59,664 nt of DNA, taken from positions 1-59,664 of the IMG/VR virus record IMGVR_UViG_3300024581_003789; one strand, 5' to 3'. This stretch comes from a virus. The translations under genes were made by a program, and so were the position numbers. Position 1 is the first letter of the stretch; each line of letters opens with the position of its first letter. Below are positions 8,737-18,359 of this stretch, piece by piece. Under the pieces are notes generated by a model. The model had not been told where the DNA came from, ran no database searches, and worked only from the letters and a program-made list of their open reading frames with translations.

Positions 8737-9054
8737 ATGAGCTTAAGAGACTTAAATAGATTTAGAAAAATATATTCTTTCATTAGAAGAAAACCATTTA
8801 ACATAACAGAGGGCAGCGTGACATACGAATCAGGAGAAGCAACTGTAACAAGTAGTGATACAGTTACAATTAATTTTACAACAGTTTTTACTTCTGCACC
8901 ACATGTAACAGCAACAGCACACGACGCTAATTCAAACGGAACTGCAAACGTCAATGCATATATCGAGTCAGTATCTTTAACATCTGTAACGATTGGTTTT
9001 TCAGCACCCTTTACAGGAAAAGTCCAATATCACGCAATTCAGTCAGCTAATTAA
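8737..9054 (+). CDS. Small fibre-associated beta protein (H-type lectin / gp53-C-like fold)
   Basis: VTINFTTVFTSAPHVTAT...SVSLTSVTI...VQYHAI pattern typical of fibre-tip domains. Confidence 0.55.
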   Translation: MSLRDLNRFRKIYSFIRRKPFNITEGSVTYESGEATVTSSDTVTINFTTVFTSAPHVTATAHDANSNGTANVNAYIESVSLTSVTIGFSAPFTGKVQYHAIQSAN

Positions 9055-9065
9055 GGAGAATTTAA

Positions 9066-10217
9066 ATGGCATCAATTTTTAGAGCATCAAACGCAGAACT
9101 AACAGGAAGTTTGACAGAGCTGGCAAATGGTGATCCTTATCTCTTGGCTGGATCTGGTATTGACATTACAACCGGGTCAAACGGGCAAGTAACAATTGCA
9201 GCAACTGGAGGTGGTTCTGGAACAATAACTGAAGTTATTGCAGGATCAGGTCTAACTGGAGGCGGAACAACAGGAGCTGTTACTCTTAATGTAGGTTCCG
9301 GAACAGGAATAACAGTCAATGCAGACAGCATTCAGACAAATGACAGTCAAATTGTTCATGACAGTCTATTAGGTTTTTTTCCTAATGAACACATTGACCA
9401 TTCTGCGGTTTCGATTAGCGCAGGATCAGGTCTAACTGGAGGCGGAGATATAACTGCAAATAGAACGCTAAACGTTGATGGCACATTAATACCTTTTTTA
9501 GGAAATGCAAATACTTTTACGAAAATAAACACTTTTCAATCTGATGTAACAGTTGATGGTGCTAATGTTGTATTGCAAGTTTCTGATTCCAATTTAAATT
9601 TTTACTCCAATCCAACTTCTGGATTGACTTTGATTGGCGAGACTGAAGGTACTTTACTCTCATCTCCTGGGAATGCAAGCGATGTAAGAATACTTCTTTC
9701 AGGTTCAGCAGGCTCAAAAGATGGAGCGACTAGAGGTGTAACTTTGGTCACTGGTGATCTTGTTGTTAGTGGATCTGTATACGGAAACACATTGATAGAG
9801 AGAGGACTTTTTCAAAATCCAACGCTGTCTGGCGCAGGTTCATTTTTTCCTCCAGACGATTCAATTAATGAAGGAGGGGCAAATAATTTAAACTTTTATC
9901 TTGCTGATTCTAAAATAATTGTTGAAAAAGTAAAGATAAGATTTAACTCGTATACTGCTGGTGGCGCGCCAGTCGATAATTTAACTCTATCGTTGCATGT
10001 TGGATCCAACGGAGACGTTACTGTTAGTGGGACTGCACAAGATACAAGCAGCATAGATTCTGCAAGCTTCGCAACGAATACAATTCATACTTTCGAGTTT
10101 ACCGGAAACAATATTGTTGAAGAAGATCAAATTTGGACAATATCAATAAAAAGTACGACAGGCATTATTATGTCATCTACAAATGTGCACTTTTTAATAT
10201 ATTATAGAAGAATTTAA
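9066..10217 (+). CDS. Tail/head fibre-like structural protein
   Basis: Gly/Thr/Ser-rich; repeated AGSGLTGGG..(VT/RT)LNV units; ANTFTKINTF fibre motif. Confidence 0.7.
   Translation: MASIFRASNAELTGSLTELANGDPYLLAGSGIDITTGSNGQVTIAATGGGSGTITEVIAGSGLTGGGTTGAVTLNVGSGTGITVNADSIQTNDSQIVHDSLLGFFPNEHIDHSAVSISAGSGLTGGGDITANRTLNVDGTLIPFLGNANTFTKINTFQSDVTVDGANVVLQVSDSNLNFYSNPTSGLTLIGETEGTLLSSPGNASDVRILLSGSAGSKDGATRGVTLVTGDLVVSGSVYGNTLIERGLFQNPTLSGAGSFFPPDDSINEGGANNLNFYLADSKIIVEKVKIRFNSYTAGGAPVDNLTLSLHVGSNGDVTVSGTAQDTSSIDSASFATNTIHTFEFTGNNIVEEDQIWTISIKSTTGIIMSSTNVHFLIYYRRI
9240..9446 (+). repeat. Exact 27-bp direct repeat GCAGGATCAGGTCTAACTGGAGGCGGA (9240-9266 and 9420-9446)
   Basis: Read directly; both copies encode AGSGLTGGG and lie 180 bp apart. 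Confidence 0.9.
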
Positions 10218-10281
10218 AGTCAAAATAATTATTTTAACTTCTTAGATCATAGTGTACAATTAATAGATTTAGGAGTACACT

Positions 10282-12183
10282 ATGACCAATTTCCAAGATG
10301 CAGACGTTGTTTTTGTTGCTGATTTATTTATAAACGAATATGGCGGAGGAGCCGAAAGATCAACAGAGGCTTTATTTGAAACCGCAACTTATAAAACAGT
10401 TAAAGTAAAATCATCTGAAGTTACACAAGAGTTGTTGCAACAAGGAATTGCAAAACATTGGGTATTTTTTAATTATCGCGGAATGGATCACAACTTAATC
10501 CCTCTTATTGTTGGAAGCCTTTACTATTCTGTCGTTGAATACGACTATAAGTTTTGCTCGTATCGATCCATGGATCTTCATAAGCGAGAAACAGGAGGAG
10601 ATTGTGATTGTCATGAGTCAAATCTTGGAAAGTTAATCTCAGCCTTTCTTCATGGTTCTGAGCACATTTTTTGGATGTCACAAAAGCAGGCAGAAATATA
10701 CCATGAAAGATTTCCGTTTCTTAAAGAACACAAGCAAACAATACTTAGTTCTATTTTTAGTTTAAAAGACATAGAATTCATGGATCAGCTTTACAAAAAC
10801 AAGTCTGAGGAAAATAACGGAAAATGGGCTGTTATTGACGGTAACAGCTGGATTAAAGGTGTAGTAGAGAGCAAAAAGGTTGTAACAGATTATCTCAGAG
10901 GAGAAGCAGAAGTCCTTTCAAATCTTCCTTATTATGATTTATTAAGAAGATTAACAGAGTTCAAAGGATTGTCATTTCATCCACTTGGCGCTGATACGTG
11001 CCCAAGAACTGTAATTGAGGCGAGACTTTTAGGATTAGAACTCTCAATTGGTACAAATGTTCAGCACTATTACGAAGACTGGTTTCAAAATACTAGAGAA
11101 GATGTCGAAGATTATCTGTTGTCTAGACATTCAGCTTTTTGGGATGTTATCGAATCGTTTTTCAATCGAGAAATTACAGTTAGCGGTTATACAACAACAC
11201 ACAACGTCGTGGACGCAGATTACCCGTGGGAAGCTTCTGTTTCTTCGCTATTGGGTTTTTGCAATGAAGTTGTTGTAGTTGACGGAGGATCATCTGACGG
11301 AACGTGGGATAAACTCCAAGCTTGGGCTAAAGAAGAACCAAAACTAAAAATTAAGCAAATTAAAAGAAACTGGGATTCTGAAAGGTTTGCTCTATTCGAC
11401 TTCCAACAAAAAGCCGAGGCCCGTAAACTTTGCACATCTGACTGGTGCTGGCAAATGGATATCGATGAAATTGTTCATGAAAACGACTATGATAAAGTCC
11501 GGAATCTTATTAGAAACTTACCTAAAGCTTCTAAAGTTATTTGCTTGCCTGTAGTTGACTTTTGGGGGAATCAAGATAAAGTTAGACTGGATGTGCATCC
11601 ATGGAAGTGGCGATTGAGTCGAAACTATGATTATATTACTCATGACTTGCCCAAAGAGCATCGTGCCTTTGACGAAAAAGGCAGACTTTACTCAAAAGGA
11701 TCTGATGGCTGTGATTATGTCAACTCTGAGACTTTTGAATATATTCCAAATATTAATTTTTACACAAGAGAGATTGATGCTTTTAGACAGCGTCTTCTAG
11801 TTGATAGTGAATTCAGAGGAGATAATTTAGAAAAGTATGAAGACTTTATTAATTCTTCGCTAGAACAGCTGCCTTCTGTTTATCACTATTCTTGGTTTGA
11901 TATTAAAAGAAAAATATACAATTATCGTGACTTCTGGTCAAAGTTTCATGCAAGTCTTTACAATAGAAAAGTAGAAGACAATGCTGAAAACAATAAGTTT
12001 TTTGACAAGCCATGGTCAGAAGTAAGTGAAAAAGAAATTGTAAATATGGCAGAAAAATTGAATAATAGTATGGGAGGCTGGATATTTCACTCTAGAGTAG
12101 ATTTTACGAAACCCACGCCTTGGTATTTTATTAAACGCGACCATCCAGCACTAATTAAGCCATGGTTGGAAAAGAGGAGATAA
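10282..12183 (+). CDS. Two-domain glycosyltransferase (GT-B/GT4-like N-terminus, GT2 C-terminus)
   Basis: GGAERS and DTCPRTVIEARLLG (GT-B type); EVVVVDGGSSDGT and WQMDIDE (GT-A DxD). Confidence 0.8.
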   Translation: MTNFQDADVVFVADLFINEYGGGAERSTEALFETATYKTVKVKSSEVTQELLQQGIAKHWVFFNYRGMDHNLIPLIVGSLYYSVVEYDYKFCSYRSMDLHKRETGGDCDCHESNLGKLISAFLHGSEHIFWMSQKQAEIYHERFPFLKEHKQTILSSIFSLKDIEFMDQLYKNKSEENNGKWAVIDGNSWIKGVVESKKVVTDYLRGEAEVLSNLPYYDLLRRLTEFKGLSFHPLGADTCPRTVIEARLLGLELSIGTNVQHYYEDWFQNTREDVEDYLLSRHSAFWDVIESFFNREITVSGYTTTHNVVDADYPWEASVSSLLGFCNEVVVVDGGSSDGTWDKLQAWAKEEPKLKIKQIKRNWDSERFALFDFQQKAEARKLCTSDWCWQMDIDEIVHENDYDKVRNLIRNLPKASKVICLPVVDFWGNQDKVRLDVHPWKWRLSRNYDYITHDLPKEHRAFDEKGRLYSKGSDGCDYVNSETFEYIPNINFYTREIDAFRQRLLVDSEFRGDNLEKYEDFINSSLEQLPSVYHYSWFDIKRKIYNYRDFWSKFHASLYNRKVEDNAENNKFFDKPWSEVSEKEIVNMAEKLNNSMGGWIFHSRVDFTKPTPWYFIKRDHPALIKPWLEKRR

Positions 12184-12185
12184 AA

Positions 12186-12491
12186 ATGAATAACACGGAA
12201 AATCTATTCCAATTATTCTCTCAAGTCTTTATTGAAAGTCAACAAGCATTCAGTAAATGTGATGTAGAATTAAGATCTAAATGTAGAACTCTTGCAGAAA
12301 CACTAAATAAGCTAGCAGGTGATCTGGAAGCTGATCCCTTCCAGGCAAATTTAGCAGTTGTAAATTTAATCGAAGACGAAGTCAACAAGATATCTAAAGC
12401 AGCTTCAGAGCTTGACTCAAGACGAGAATTCATCAAGGAATCTGTAAATTCACTTCAAAAATCAACAAAAGTAATGATAGGGAAAAGCTAA
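12186..12491 (+). CDS. Hypothetical coiled-coil protein
   Basis: GAGGAG RBS before ATG 12186; heptad-like helix. Confidence 0.6.
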   Translation: MNNTENLFQLFSQVFIESQQAFSKCDVELRSKCRTLAETLNKLAGDLEADPFQANLAVVNLIEDEVNKISKAASELDSRREFIKESVNSLQKSTKVMIGKS

Positions 12492-12835
12492 TGAAAATTG
12501 TAGAAAAACCATGGGGCTACGAAGAAATATGGGCAAAAACTGACAATTATGTAGCAAAAAGGCTAGTAATTAATTCCGGTCATAGGCTCAGTCTTCAATA
12601 TCACGAAAAAAAAGAAGAGACAATATATGTTTCCAGTGGGTGTCTAAGAATTTGGGAAAGTGAAAATGATGACGAATACAAAGATTATACAGCAGGGTCT
12701 GTTTATCACGTAATTCCAGGTAAAATTCATAGATTCGGAGCACCAGCTGGTGCATGTGATAAGACTATTTTAATGGAAGTTAGCACCGTAGAAATAGATG
12801 ATGTTATACGTATCAAGGATGATTACCAAAGATGA
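12491..12835 (+). CDS. Cupin (mannose-6-phosphate isomerase type II-like)
   Basis: VEKPWGYEEIW, RLSLQYHEKKEETIYV, IHRFGA, LMEVST..DDVIRIKDDYQR. Confidence 0.85.
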   Translation: MKIVEKPWGYEEIWAKTDNYVAKRLVINSGHRLSLQYHEKKEETIYVSSGCLRIWESENDDEYKDYTAGSVYHVIPGKIHRFGAPAGACDKTILMEVSTVEIDDVIRIKDDYQR

Positions 12836-13593
12836 ATTTGCATGTAATATCAACAAACTACAACTCTTTAAACTTTTGCGTAAACAATATAAACTCAATA
12901 GCTTCGCAAACATTTAAACCAGCATCTCATGTTTTTATTGACGAGTCTGATGATGAAAACACAAGAAATATTTTAAAACAAGTAAAAAATAGTGATTTTT
13001 ATAATCAAGCTCATGAATTGTATGGGTTAGAAATTATTTTAAAAGAAAGCAGAAGCTTTAAAATTAAAAACTTGCTTGATCAAATAAACAAACCTCTTTA
13101 TGATGACAATGACATAATATGTATTGTTGACGGAGACGACTGGTTAAGTAATAATTATGTACTTAAGACTATTTATGATAGCTATAACCACAATAGTTAT
13201 GACTATCTATATACAAATTGGGTATACTCTAACGCTAACTTACTTGGATGTTCTAAAAAAATACCTGACAACAATTGGGATCCTTACAAGGACAGCTGGA
13301 TAACTAGTCACATGAGTACGTTTAAGGTAAGTTGTTTCCGAAACATAAACCCAGAAAACTTTTTAGACGAAAATAAAAATTGGTTTGAAATGGGTTGTGA
13401 TCAAGCCTACATTCTCCCTATTCTTTACAATTCTAAAGAAAATCATGGCAGTTATGATCGTGTTGGTCATATAGACTTTCCTTGTTATGTCTATCAGCAC
13501 TCGGAAAACCCACTTAGAAAACGAGATGGTGTGCTTGGAAAAAAAGCACATGATGCCGTAAGCATTATTAGAAAAAGAGGATATATAAAATGA
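12832..13593 (+). CDS. GT2-family glycosyltransferase
   Basis: SIASQT, FIDE, ICIVDGDDWL, SHMSTFK, CDQAYILP. Confidence 0.8.
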   Translation: MNLHVISTNYNSLNFCVNNINSIASQTFKPASHVFIDESDDENTRNILKQVKNSDFYNQAHELYGLEIILKESRSFKIKNLLDQINKPLYDDNDIICIVDGDDWLSNNYVLKTIYDSYNHNSYDYLYTNWVYSNANLLGCSKKIPDNNWDPYKDSWITSHMSTFKVSCFRNINPENFLDENKNWFEMGCDQAYILPILYNSKENHGSYDRVGHIDFPCYVYQHSENPLRKRDGVLGKKAHDAVSIIRKRGYIK

Positions 13594-14987
13594 AATTAGA
13601 AAAAGTAACTATAATTATGCCTACATTTAAAAGAAATGATTATCTTTCCAGAGCAGATCATCCATCTTTAAATATTGCAAAAGAAAGTTTTGTTGACAAA
13701 CTTTTGATTGTTTGGCAAAATATAGGAGAAAAAGTTCCTGAAAACGTTATTACAAACTTAGAAAGTATTTGTCCGGGTAAGTATGAAATAGTTTTTCCGG
13801 AAAAGAATTCTTTAAATAATAGATTTAAACCTTTCGATCAAATTAAGACAAGTTTGGTGATGAACTTAGACGATGATTATAACGTAACAAAGGAGTCAGT
13901 TATTTCAATGATAGAGATTATGATGAAAAACAATGACAACTTTGTAGGAAGCGTTCCTAGAAACATATACACAGACGAAAAGGGAGAGTTTAAGTATGAA
14001 TATTCTCCAGAATTCAATAATGAAAGTTATAACTTTCTTCTAACAGGATATTCAATGTTTCATAAGAAATATCTAAATATATATCATAGCAAGAAAGATG
14101 AAATGGAAATGGTAGACAGTCTATTTAATAGCGAGGACATTCTCTTCAATCACGTGTATGAAAAATATTCTACCACAGGAGAAAAATTCTTAGTATCTGA
14201 TATAAATGTTAAAACTTGGCAGTATGAAAAAGGAAGATCAATATCAGATCGATCTGATCATCTACTAAATAGACAAAAAATGTGTTCATTTTTAAAAACA
14301 AAAGGCTATTCTCTCCCTGCCAAGTCGAACAGAAGAGTCTCGCTTAACAATAAAAGAATCAAAATAAAAAATGCCTATTGGATCAACTTAGAAAAATCAA
14401 AGGACAGAAGAGAAAACTTTGAACGAGAAGTAATTAGCACTCTAAAGGAAAGAATCAACTTTTTCCGCTTTCCTGCTGTTGATTTGACTGCTGAGTCATA
14501 CATTGGAAGAAGATCTGCTGGTTGCTCTTTTTCACACTTGAGCTGCTGGAACCACGCAATCAATTCTGGAGAAGAATACGTAATTATTTTTGAAGATGAT
14601 TTTAAACCAATATGTGACCCTGGAGTTTTTAGTAAAACAATTGACGATTTAGTTGATAATCACCCGGGATTTCTTTTGTGTAACATAGCATACAATCAAA
14701 TTAAAGATCCAAGAGACGTTCATCTTCACACAGGTTTTAAAAATTTTCACAATATCCAGACGACTTCTGGTTATATTGTGAAAACAGAATTTCTTAAGCA
14801 ATTATATCCCTACGTATTGCAAGGCGCTATGAATCTTTTATTGGGCGGACAAACTAATCAAAATGCAATCGACGTTGTTTGGAAAATGTTCCAAGGGTCT
14901 GATCGTTGGCTTTGTTCTAAGAAGCTAGGTGTTCAGAGAGAATCTTTTTCTGAAATTGAAAAAAGAATTGTCAAGTATGAGGTTTGA
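13590..14987 (+). CDS. Exostosin-like GT64 domain fused to a GT25 domain
   Basis: N-terminal TFKR, KLLIVWQN, NSLNNRFKPFDQIKTSLVMNLDDD, VGSVPR, YNFLLTG..FHKKYL, NSEDILFN, R..C (GT64); C-terminal YWINLEKSKDRR, RFPAVD, GCSFSH..CW, IIFEDD, TTSGYIV (GT25). Confidence 0.82.
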   Translation: MKLEKVTIIMPTFKRNDYLSRADHPSLNIAKESFVDKLLIVWQNIGEKVPENVITNLESICPGKYEIVFPEKNSLNNRFKPFDQIKTSLVMNLDDDYNVTKESVISMIEIMMKNNDNFVGSVPRNIYTDEKGEFKYEYSPEFNNESYNFLLTGYSMFHKKYLNIYHSKKDEMEMVDSLFNSEDILFNHVYEKYSTTGEKFLVSDINVKTWQYEKGRSISDRSDHLLNRQKMCSFLKTKGYSLPAKSNRRVSLNNKRIKIKNAYWINLEKSKDRRENFEREVISTLKERINFFRFPAVDLTAESYIGRRSAGCSFSHLSCWNHAINSGEEYVIIFEDDFKPICDPGVFSKTIDDLVDNHPGFLLCNIAYNQIKDPRDVHLHTGFKNFHNIQTTSGYIVKTEFLKQLYPYVLQGAMNLLLGGQTNQNAIDVVWKMFQGSDRWLCSKKLGVQRESFSEIEKRIVKYEV

Positions 14988-15628
14988 TTATTATGCCTGT
15001 TGACTTTCAAAATCGATTAATTTTTATACACGTTCCAAAGAATGGAGGTACAGCTATATCTAACACTCTAGGCATGAAACTTTTAGGTCATCATGATATT
15101 AAATTTTATAAAAATAGATTAGCAAATTTTTCTGATTTTAAAACATTAGCAGTATCTAGAAGTCCTTATGACAGGATAATATCTTGTTATGAATATGCAA
15201 AAATGGATGAAAGTTACTGGCATTCTTCTCTAAATAGTAATAAATCAATTTATGGAAAACATCCAGACTTTGAAGTTTGTAAAAAGAATAAACTTGAGGA
15301 ATTAGTTTTTAAAAATTTTGTCAGTAAAGAAATTAACTTGTTACACCCGGGATGGAAAAGTCAGCACACATATTATTGTGACAAAAACTTTAATTTAATT
15401 GTTAATGAGTTAATAGACTTCGACTACTTAAACGAATGGTTCCTTAAAAACTATAATGTAAAAATAAAAAAAATTAATGCTTCAAAAAGAAAAAAAAGAA
15501 AAATAGATGAAAATCTTTTTTGCAATCTTTACGGTGAAGAATGTTGCAAAATAGTAAAAGAAGTTTATGAAAAAGATATTGAAATATTTAAAAAATTAAA
15601 AGGTAAATTTAACGGGGGTGTATTTTGA
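14984..15628 (+). CDS. Sulfotransferase (Sulfotransfer_2-like)
   Basis: FIHVPKNGGTAI (5'-PSB loop), RSPYDRIISCYEY (3'-PB), YEKDIEIF. Start is TTG 14984 or ATG 14993. Confidence 0.85.
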   Translation: MIIMPVDFQNRLIFIHVPKNGGTAISNTLGMKLLGHHDIKFYKNRLANFSDFKTLAVSRSPYDRIISCYEYAKMDESYWHSSLNSNKSIYGKHPDFEVCKKNKLEELVFKNFVSKEINLLHPGWKSQHTYYCDKNFNLIVNELIDFDYLNEWFLKNYNVKIKKINASKRKKRKIDENLFCNLYGEECCKIVKEVYEKDIEIFKKLKGKFNGGVF

Positions 15629-16134
15629 GTAAAAGGAAGTGTATAATTGATCTAGTAAGCGAAGATAGTGTTGTTGTTGAAGTAGGAGTATGGAAAGGTG
15701 AATTTTCTAACCTTTTATATAATAAAAAACCGAAAGAAATGATATTGATTGACCCGTGGGAGTCTTTTCCTGATTTGACCGGTCGGTGGTATAGCACTAC
15801 TCAAAAAGAAATGGACCAAATATACAACCAAGTAAAAAATAGATTTTCACAATGTAAAAATGTAAAAATAATAAGAGACTTTTCTTTGAATGTAATTCTT
15901 GACAGCAAAGCTGACTTGGTCTATATTGACGGTAATCACTCTTATGAAAGCGTCAAAAAAGACTTAAGTCACTGGTGGCCACAGATCAACACCGGTGGCT
16001 ACATGACAGGTGACGATTTCAATTGGTCAGACAAGCATTGTAAAATAGGGCCTAAAAAAGCAATCGAGGAATTTTGCAAAGAAAAAAATGTAAAGATAAG
16101 GGTTGAAAATAATCAGTGGATAATTAAAAAGTAA
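15625..16134 (+). CDS. Class I SAM-dependent methyltransferase (Methyltransf_24-like)
   Basis: VEVGVWKGEFS, LIDPW, DLVYIDGNHSYESVKKDL, GGYMTGDDF. Confidence 0.85.
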   Translation: MSKRKCIIDLVSEDSVVVEVGVWKGEFSNLLYNKKPKEMILIDPWESFPDLTGRWYSTTQKEMDQIYNQVKNRFSQCKNVKIIRDFSLNVILDSKADLVYIDGNHSYESVKKDLSHWWPQINTGGYMTGDDFNWSDKHCKIGPKKAIEEFCKEKNVKIRVENNQWIIKK

Positions 16135-16149
16135 AGTAATTAAATTATT

Positions 16150-16178
16150 TTGTATTGTTTGATCTGTCTAGTTAGAAT
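16150..16178 (+). promoter_or_regulatory. sigma70-like promoter upstream of the PD-(D/E)XK nuclease gene
   Basis: TTGTAT-N17-TAGAAT in the intergenic gap. Confidence 0.5.
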
Positions 16179-16204
16179 ATAAAATAAAAAAGCAAGGATA
16201 GCTC

Positions 16205-17053
16205 ATGACAAACTTAGAAGACATTAAATTCCCTAACGGGAAACCTCACGTTTCTTTCTCAGAAATTAAAACTTGGAAAGAGTGTAGTTACAGACATAAA
16301 TTAACGCACATTGACAAAATTGACACATTCCAAGACAGCCCATATCTTCACTTTGGAACAGCTGTTCACGAAGGTTGCGAGAACCTATTAGAAGGACGTG
16401 ATATCGACCGTGATAAAATACTAGGGGTCATGAAAGAAAGCTGGGAGAAAGCTGGATTTGAGAACGAGGAGTGGTATTCTAAACAGCCCGGATGGTACAA
16501 ACACGAACCTGTGGAAACATGGGAACAGTGGGCTAACAATATGTGGAATGAGGTTAACGACTTCTTAGATAAAGAATTTCCGGGATGGGAGTGCTTTAAG
16601 GCAGAGGAAGAGCTATACGAGCCAATCGAAGATCTAGACTCTCCTCTCTACTTCAAGGGATTTGTCGACGGAATTCTTAAAGTTCCCAAAAAACGAGGAA
16701 AGGGTCACGAATACTGGATTATTGACTGGAAAACAGCAGGTGCCTATGGCTGGCGTCGTGATAAAAAACAAGACCTAGGAATGACAGCACAGTTAATCCT
16801 TTATAAACACTTTTGGGCAAAGAAGCACGGAATTGATCTTAAAGATGTGCGTTGTGCATTTATTCTTCTAAAGAGAGGTGCTAAGCCTGGAAAGGTGTGC
16901 GACATTGTAAAAGTTTCAGTCGGTCCTAAAACCTATGAGAAGGGTATGAAGCTTATGAGAAGCATGATCAAAACTGTTCGAAGAGGTTTGTTTCTTAAAA
17001 ATAGAGATAGCTGTAAATTCTGTCCATTTTTAGACACAGAACACTGTAAATAG
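16205..17053 (+). CDS. PD-(D/E)XK exonuclease, AddB/Cas4-like, with probable Fe-S cysteines
   Basis: HVSFSEIKTWKECSY, FGTAVHE, FKGFVDG, IIDWKT, QLILY, CKFCPF....C. Confidence 0.85.
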   Translation: MTNLEDIKFPNGKPHVSFSEIKTWKECSYRHKLTHIDKIDTFQDSPYLHFGTAVHEGCENLLEGRDIDRDKILGVMKESWEKAGFENEEWYSKQPGWYKHEPVETWEQWANNMWNEVNDFLDKEFPGWECFKAEEELYEPIEDLDSPLYFKGFVDGILKVPKKRGKGHEYWIIDWKTAGAYGWRRDKKQDLGMTAQLILYKHFWAKKHGIDLKDVRCAFILLKRGAKPGKVCDIVKVSVGPKTYEKGMKLMRSMIKTVRRGLFLKNRDSCKFCPFLDTEHCK

Positions 17054-17108
17054 TTTACTTTTATCATTCTAGATATAGTATTGTTCATATAACAAGAGGA
17101 AAAATCTT

Positions 17109-18359
17109 ATGACTGAAGACGGTAAATTTAAAGTTGTTGTTCTATCTGACCATGCACTTTCCACTAGCGGGGTAGGAACTCAAAGTCGACACTTAATCGA
17201 AGGCCTTCTTAAAAAAGGAAATTGGTCTTTTAGACAGTTCGGAGCTGCAGTTAAGCATGCAGATTATCGCACGGTTGTAGTTAACGAAGACTTTATCATT
17301 AAACCTATTGATGGGTTCGGTAGCCCTGAATTAATTCGTGTTACGCTAGCAACAGAAAAACCTGATGTGCTTTTTATTTTTACGGATCCAAGGTTTTTTA
17401 CTTGGCTCTTTGAAATTGAAGATGAAGTGCGTCAAATCTGCCCTATTGTTTGGTGGCACGTTTGGGACAACTACCCATACCCAACATTCAATGACAAATA
17501 TTACCAAGCAACTGATTTAATCAATTGTCATAGTCACATGACTTATACAATGCTTAAAGAAAAGTATCCAGAAAAAACCAATTTTATTCCGCATGCTCTG
17601 CCCAGTTCAATGTTTTCTAGGTTAGAAAAAACAGAAATTTCTAACTTTAAGAAGTCTCTTCTTGGTGAAGACAGAGAAGATCACTTCGTAGGTATTTGGG
17701 TCAATAGGAATGCTAAGAGAAAAAGACCGTCAGATCTTTTAGCAGCATGGAAAGAGTTTTTAGATAATTTAGAACAGAAAGAAGGGCATAGAAAAGGAAC
17801 TCTGATTATGCATACAGAACCCTTGGATGGTGAAGGGCCGAATCTATTTAAAGTTGCTGAAATGTTAGAAATTCAAGACAATGTTTTCTTTTCTAGAGAC
17901 CGTTTAGAATTTGATAAAATGAACGTTCTCTACAATATTAGCGACTTTTGCATCAATACGTCCTATGCTGAAGGATTTGGCTTGGCAACACTTGAGGCAA
18001 TGATGACCGGAACGCCTATTATTGCGCCTAAAACAGGTGGTCTAACAAGACAGGTCGTTGATCACAGAGACGGGACAGAAAATGGCGTTGCATGTGAAGT
18101 TGAACTTAAAACACTCGTAGGTAGTCAATCAGTTCCCTACATTTACGAAGACTATACTTCAACAAAGACTTTTGCCGAAGCAATGATGAAATTATATCAA
18201 ATGCCTGATCAAGAAAAAACTAAGCTTTCTAAAAAAGTTTGGGATTATGCACATGAAGAATTTTCTTTGCAGAAGACAGTTGACATGTGGAATGATACAA
18301 TGATAGAAACAATTAATAAATTTAAAAATATGGATAAATGGAGTATTGAAGAAGTATGA
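17109..18359 (+). CDS. GT4-family glycosyltransferase
   Basis: SGVGTQ, IPHAL, VNRNAKRKR, LYNISD..INTSYAEGFGLATLEAMMTGTPII. Confidence 0.88.
   Translation: MTEDGKFKVVVLSDHALSTSGVGTQSRHLIEGLLKKGNWSFRQFGAAVKHADYRTVVVNEDFIIKPIDGFGSPELIRVTLATEKPDVLFIFTDPRFFTWLFEIEDEVRQICPIVWWHVWDNYPYPTFNDKYYQATDLINCHSHMTYTMLKEKYPEKTNFIPHALPSSMFSRLEKTEISNFKKSLLGEDREDHFVGIWVNRNAKRKRPSDLLAAWKEFLDNLEQKEGHRKGTLIMHTEPLDGEGPNLFKVAEMLEIQDNVFFSRDRLEFDKMNVLYNISDFCINTSYAEGFGLATLEAMMTGTPIIAPKTGGLTRQVVDHRDGTENGVACEVELKTLVGSQSVPYIYEDYTSTKTFAEAMMKLYQMPDQEKTKLSKKVWDYAHEEFSLQKTVDMWNDTMIETINKFKNMDKWSIEEV

Noticed and set aside
16205-17053. Cas4-like nuclease as part of a CRISPR-Cas locus
   Set aside because: No repeat-spacer array and no other cas gene seen; intergenic gaps are too short to hold an array.
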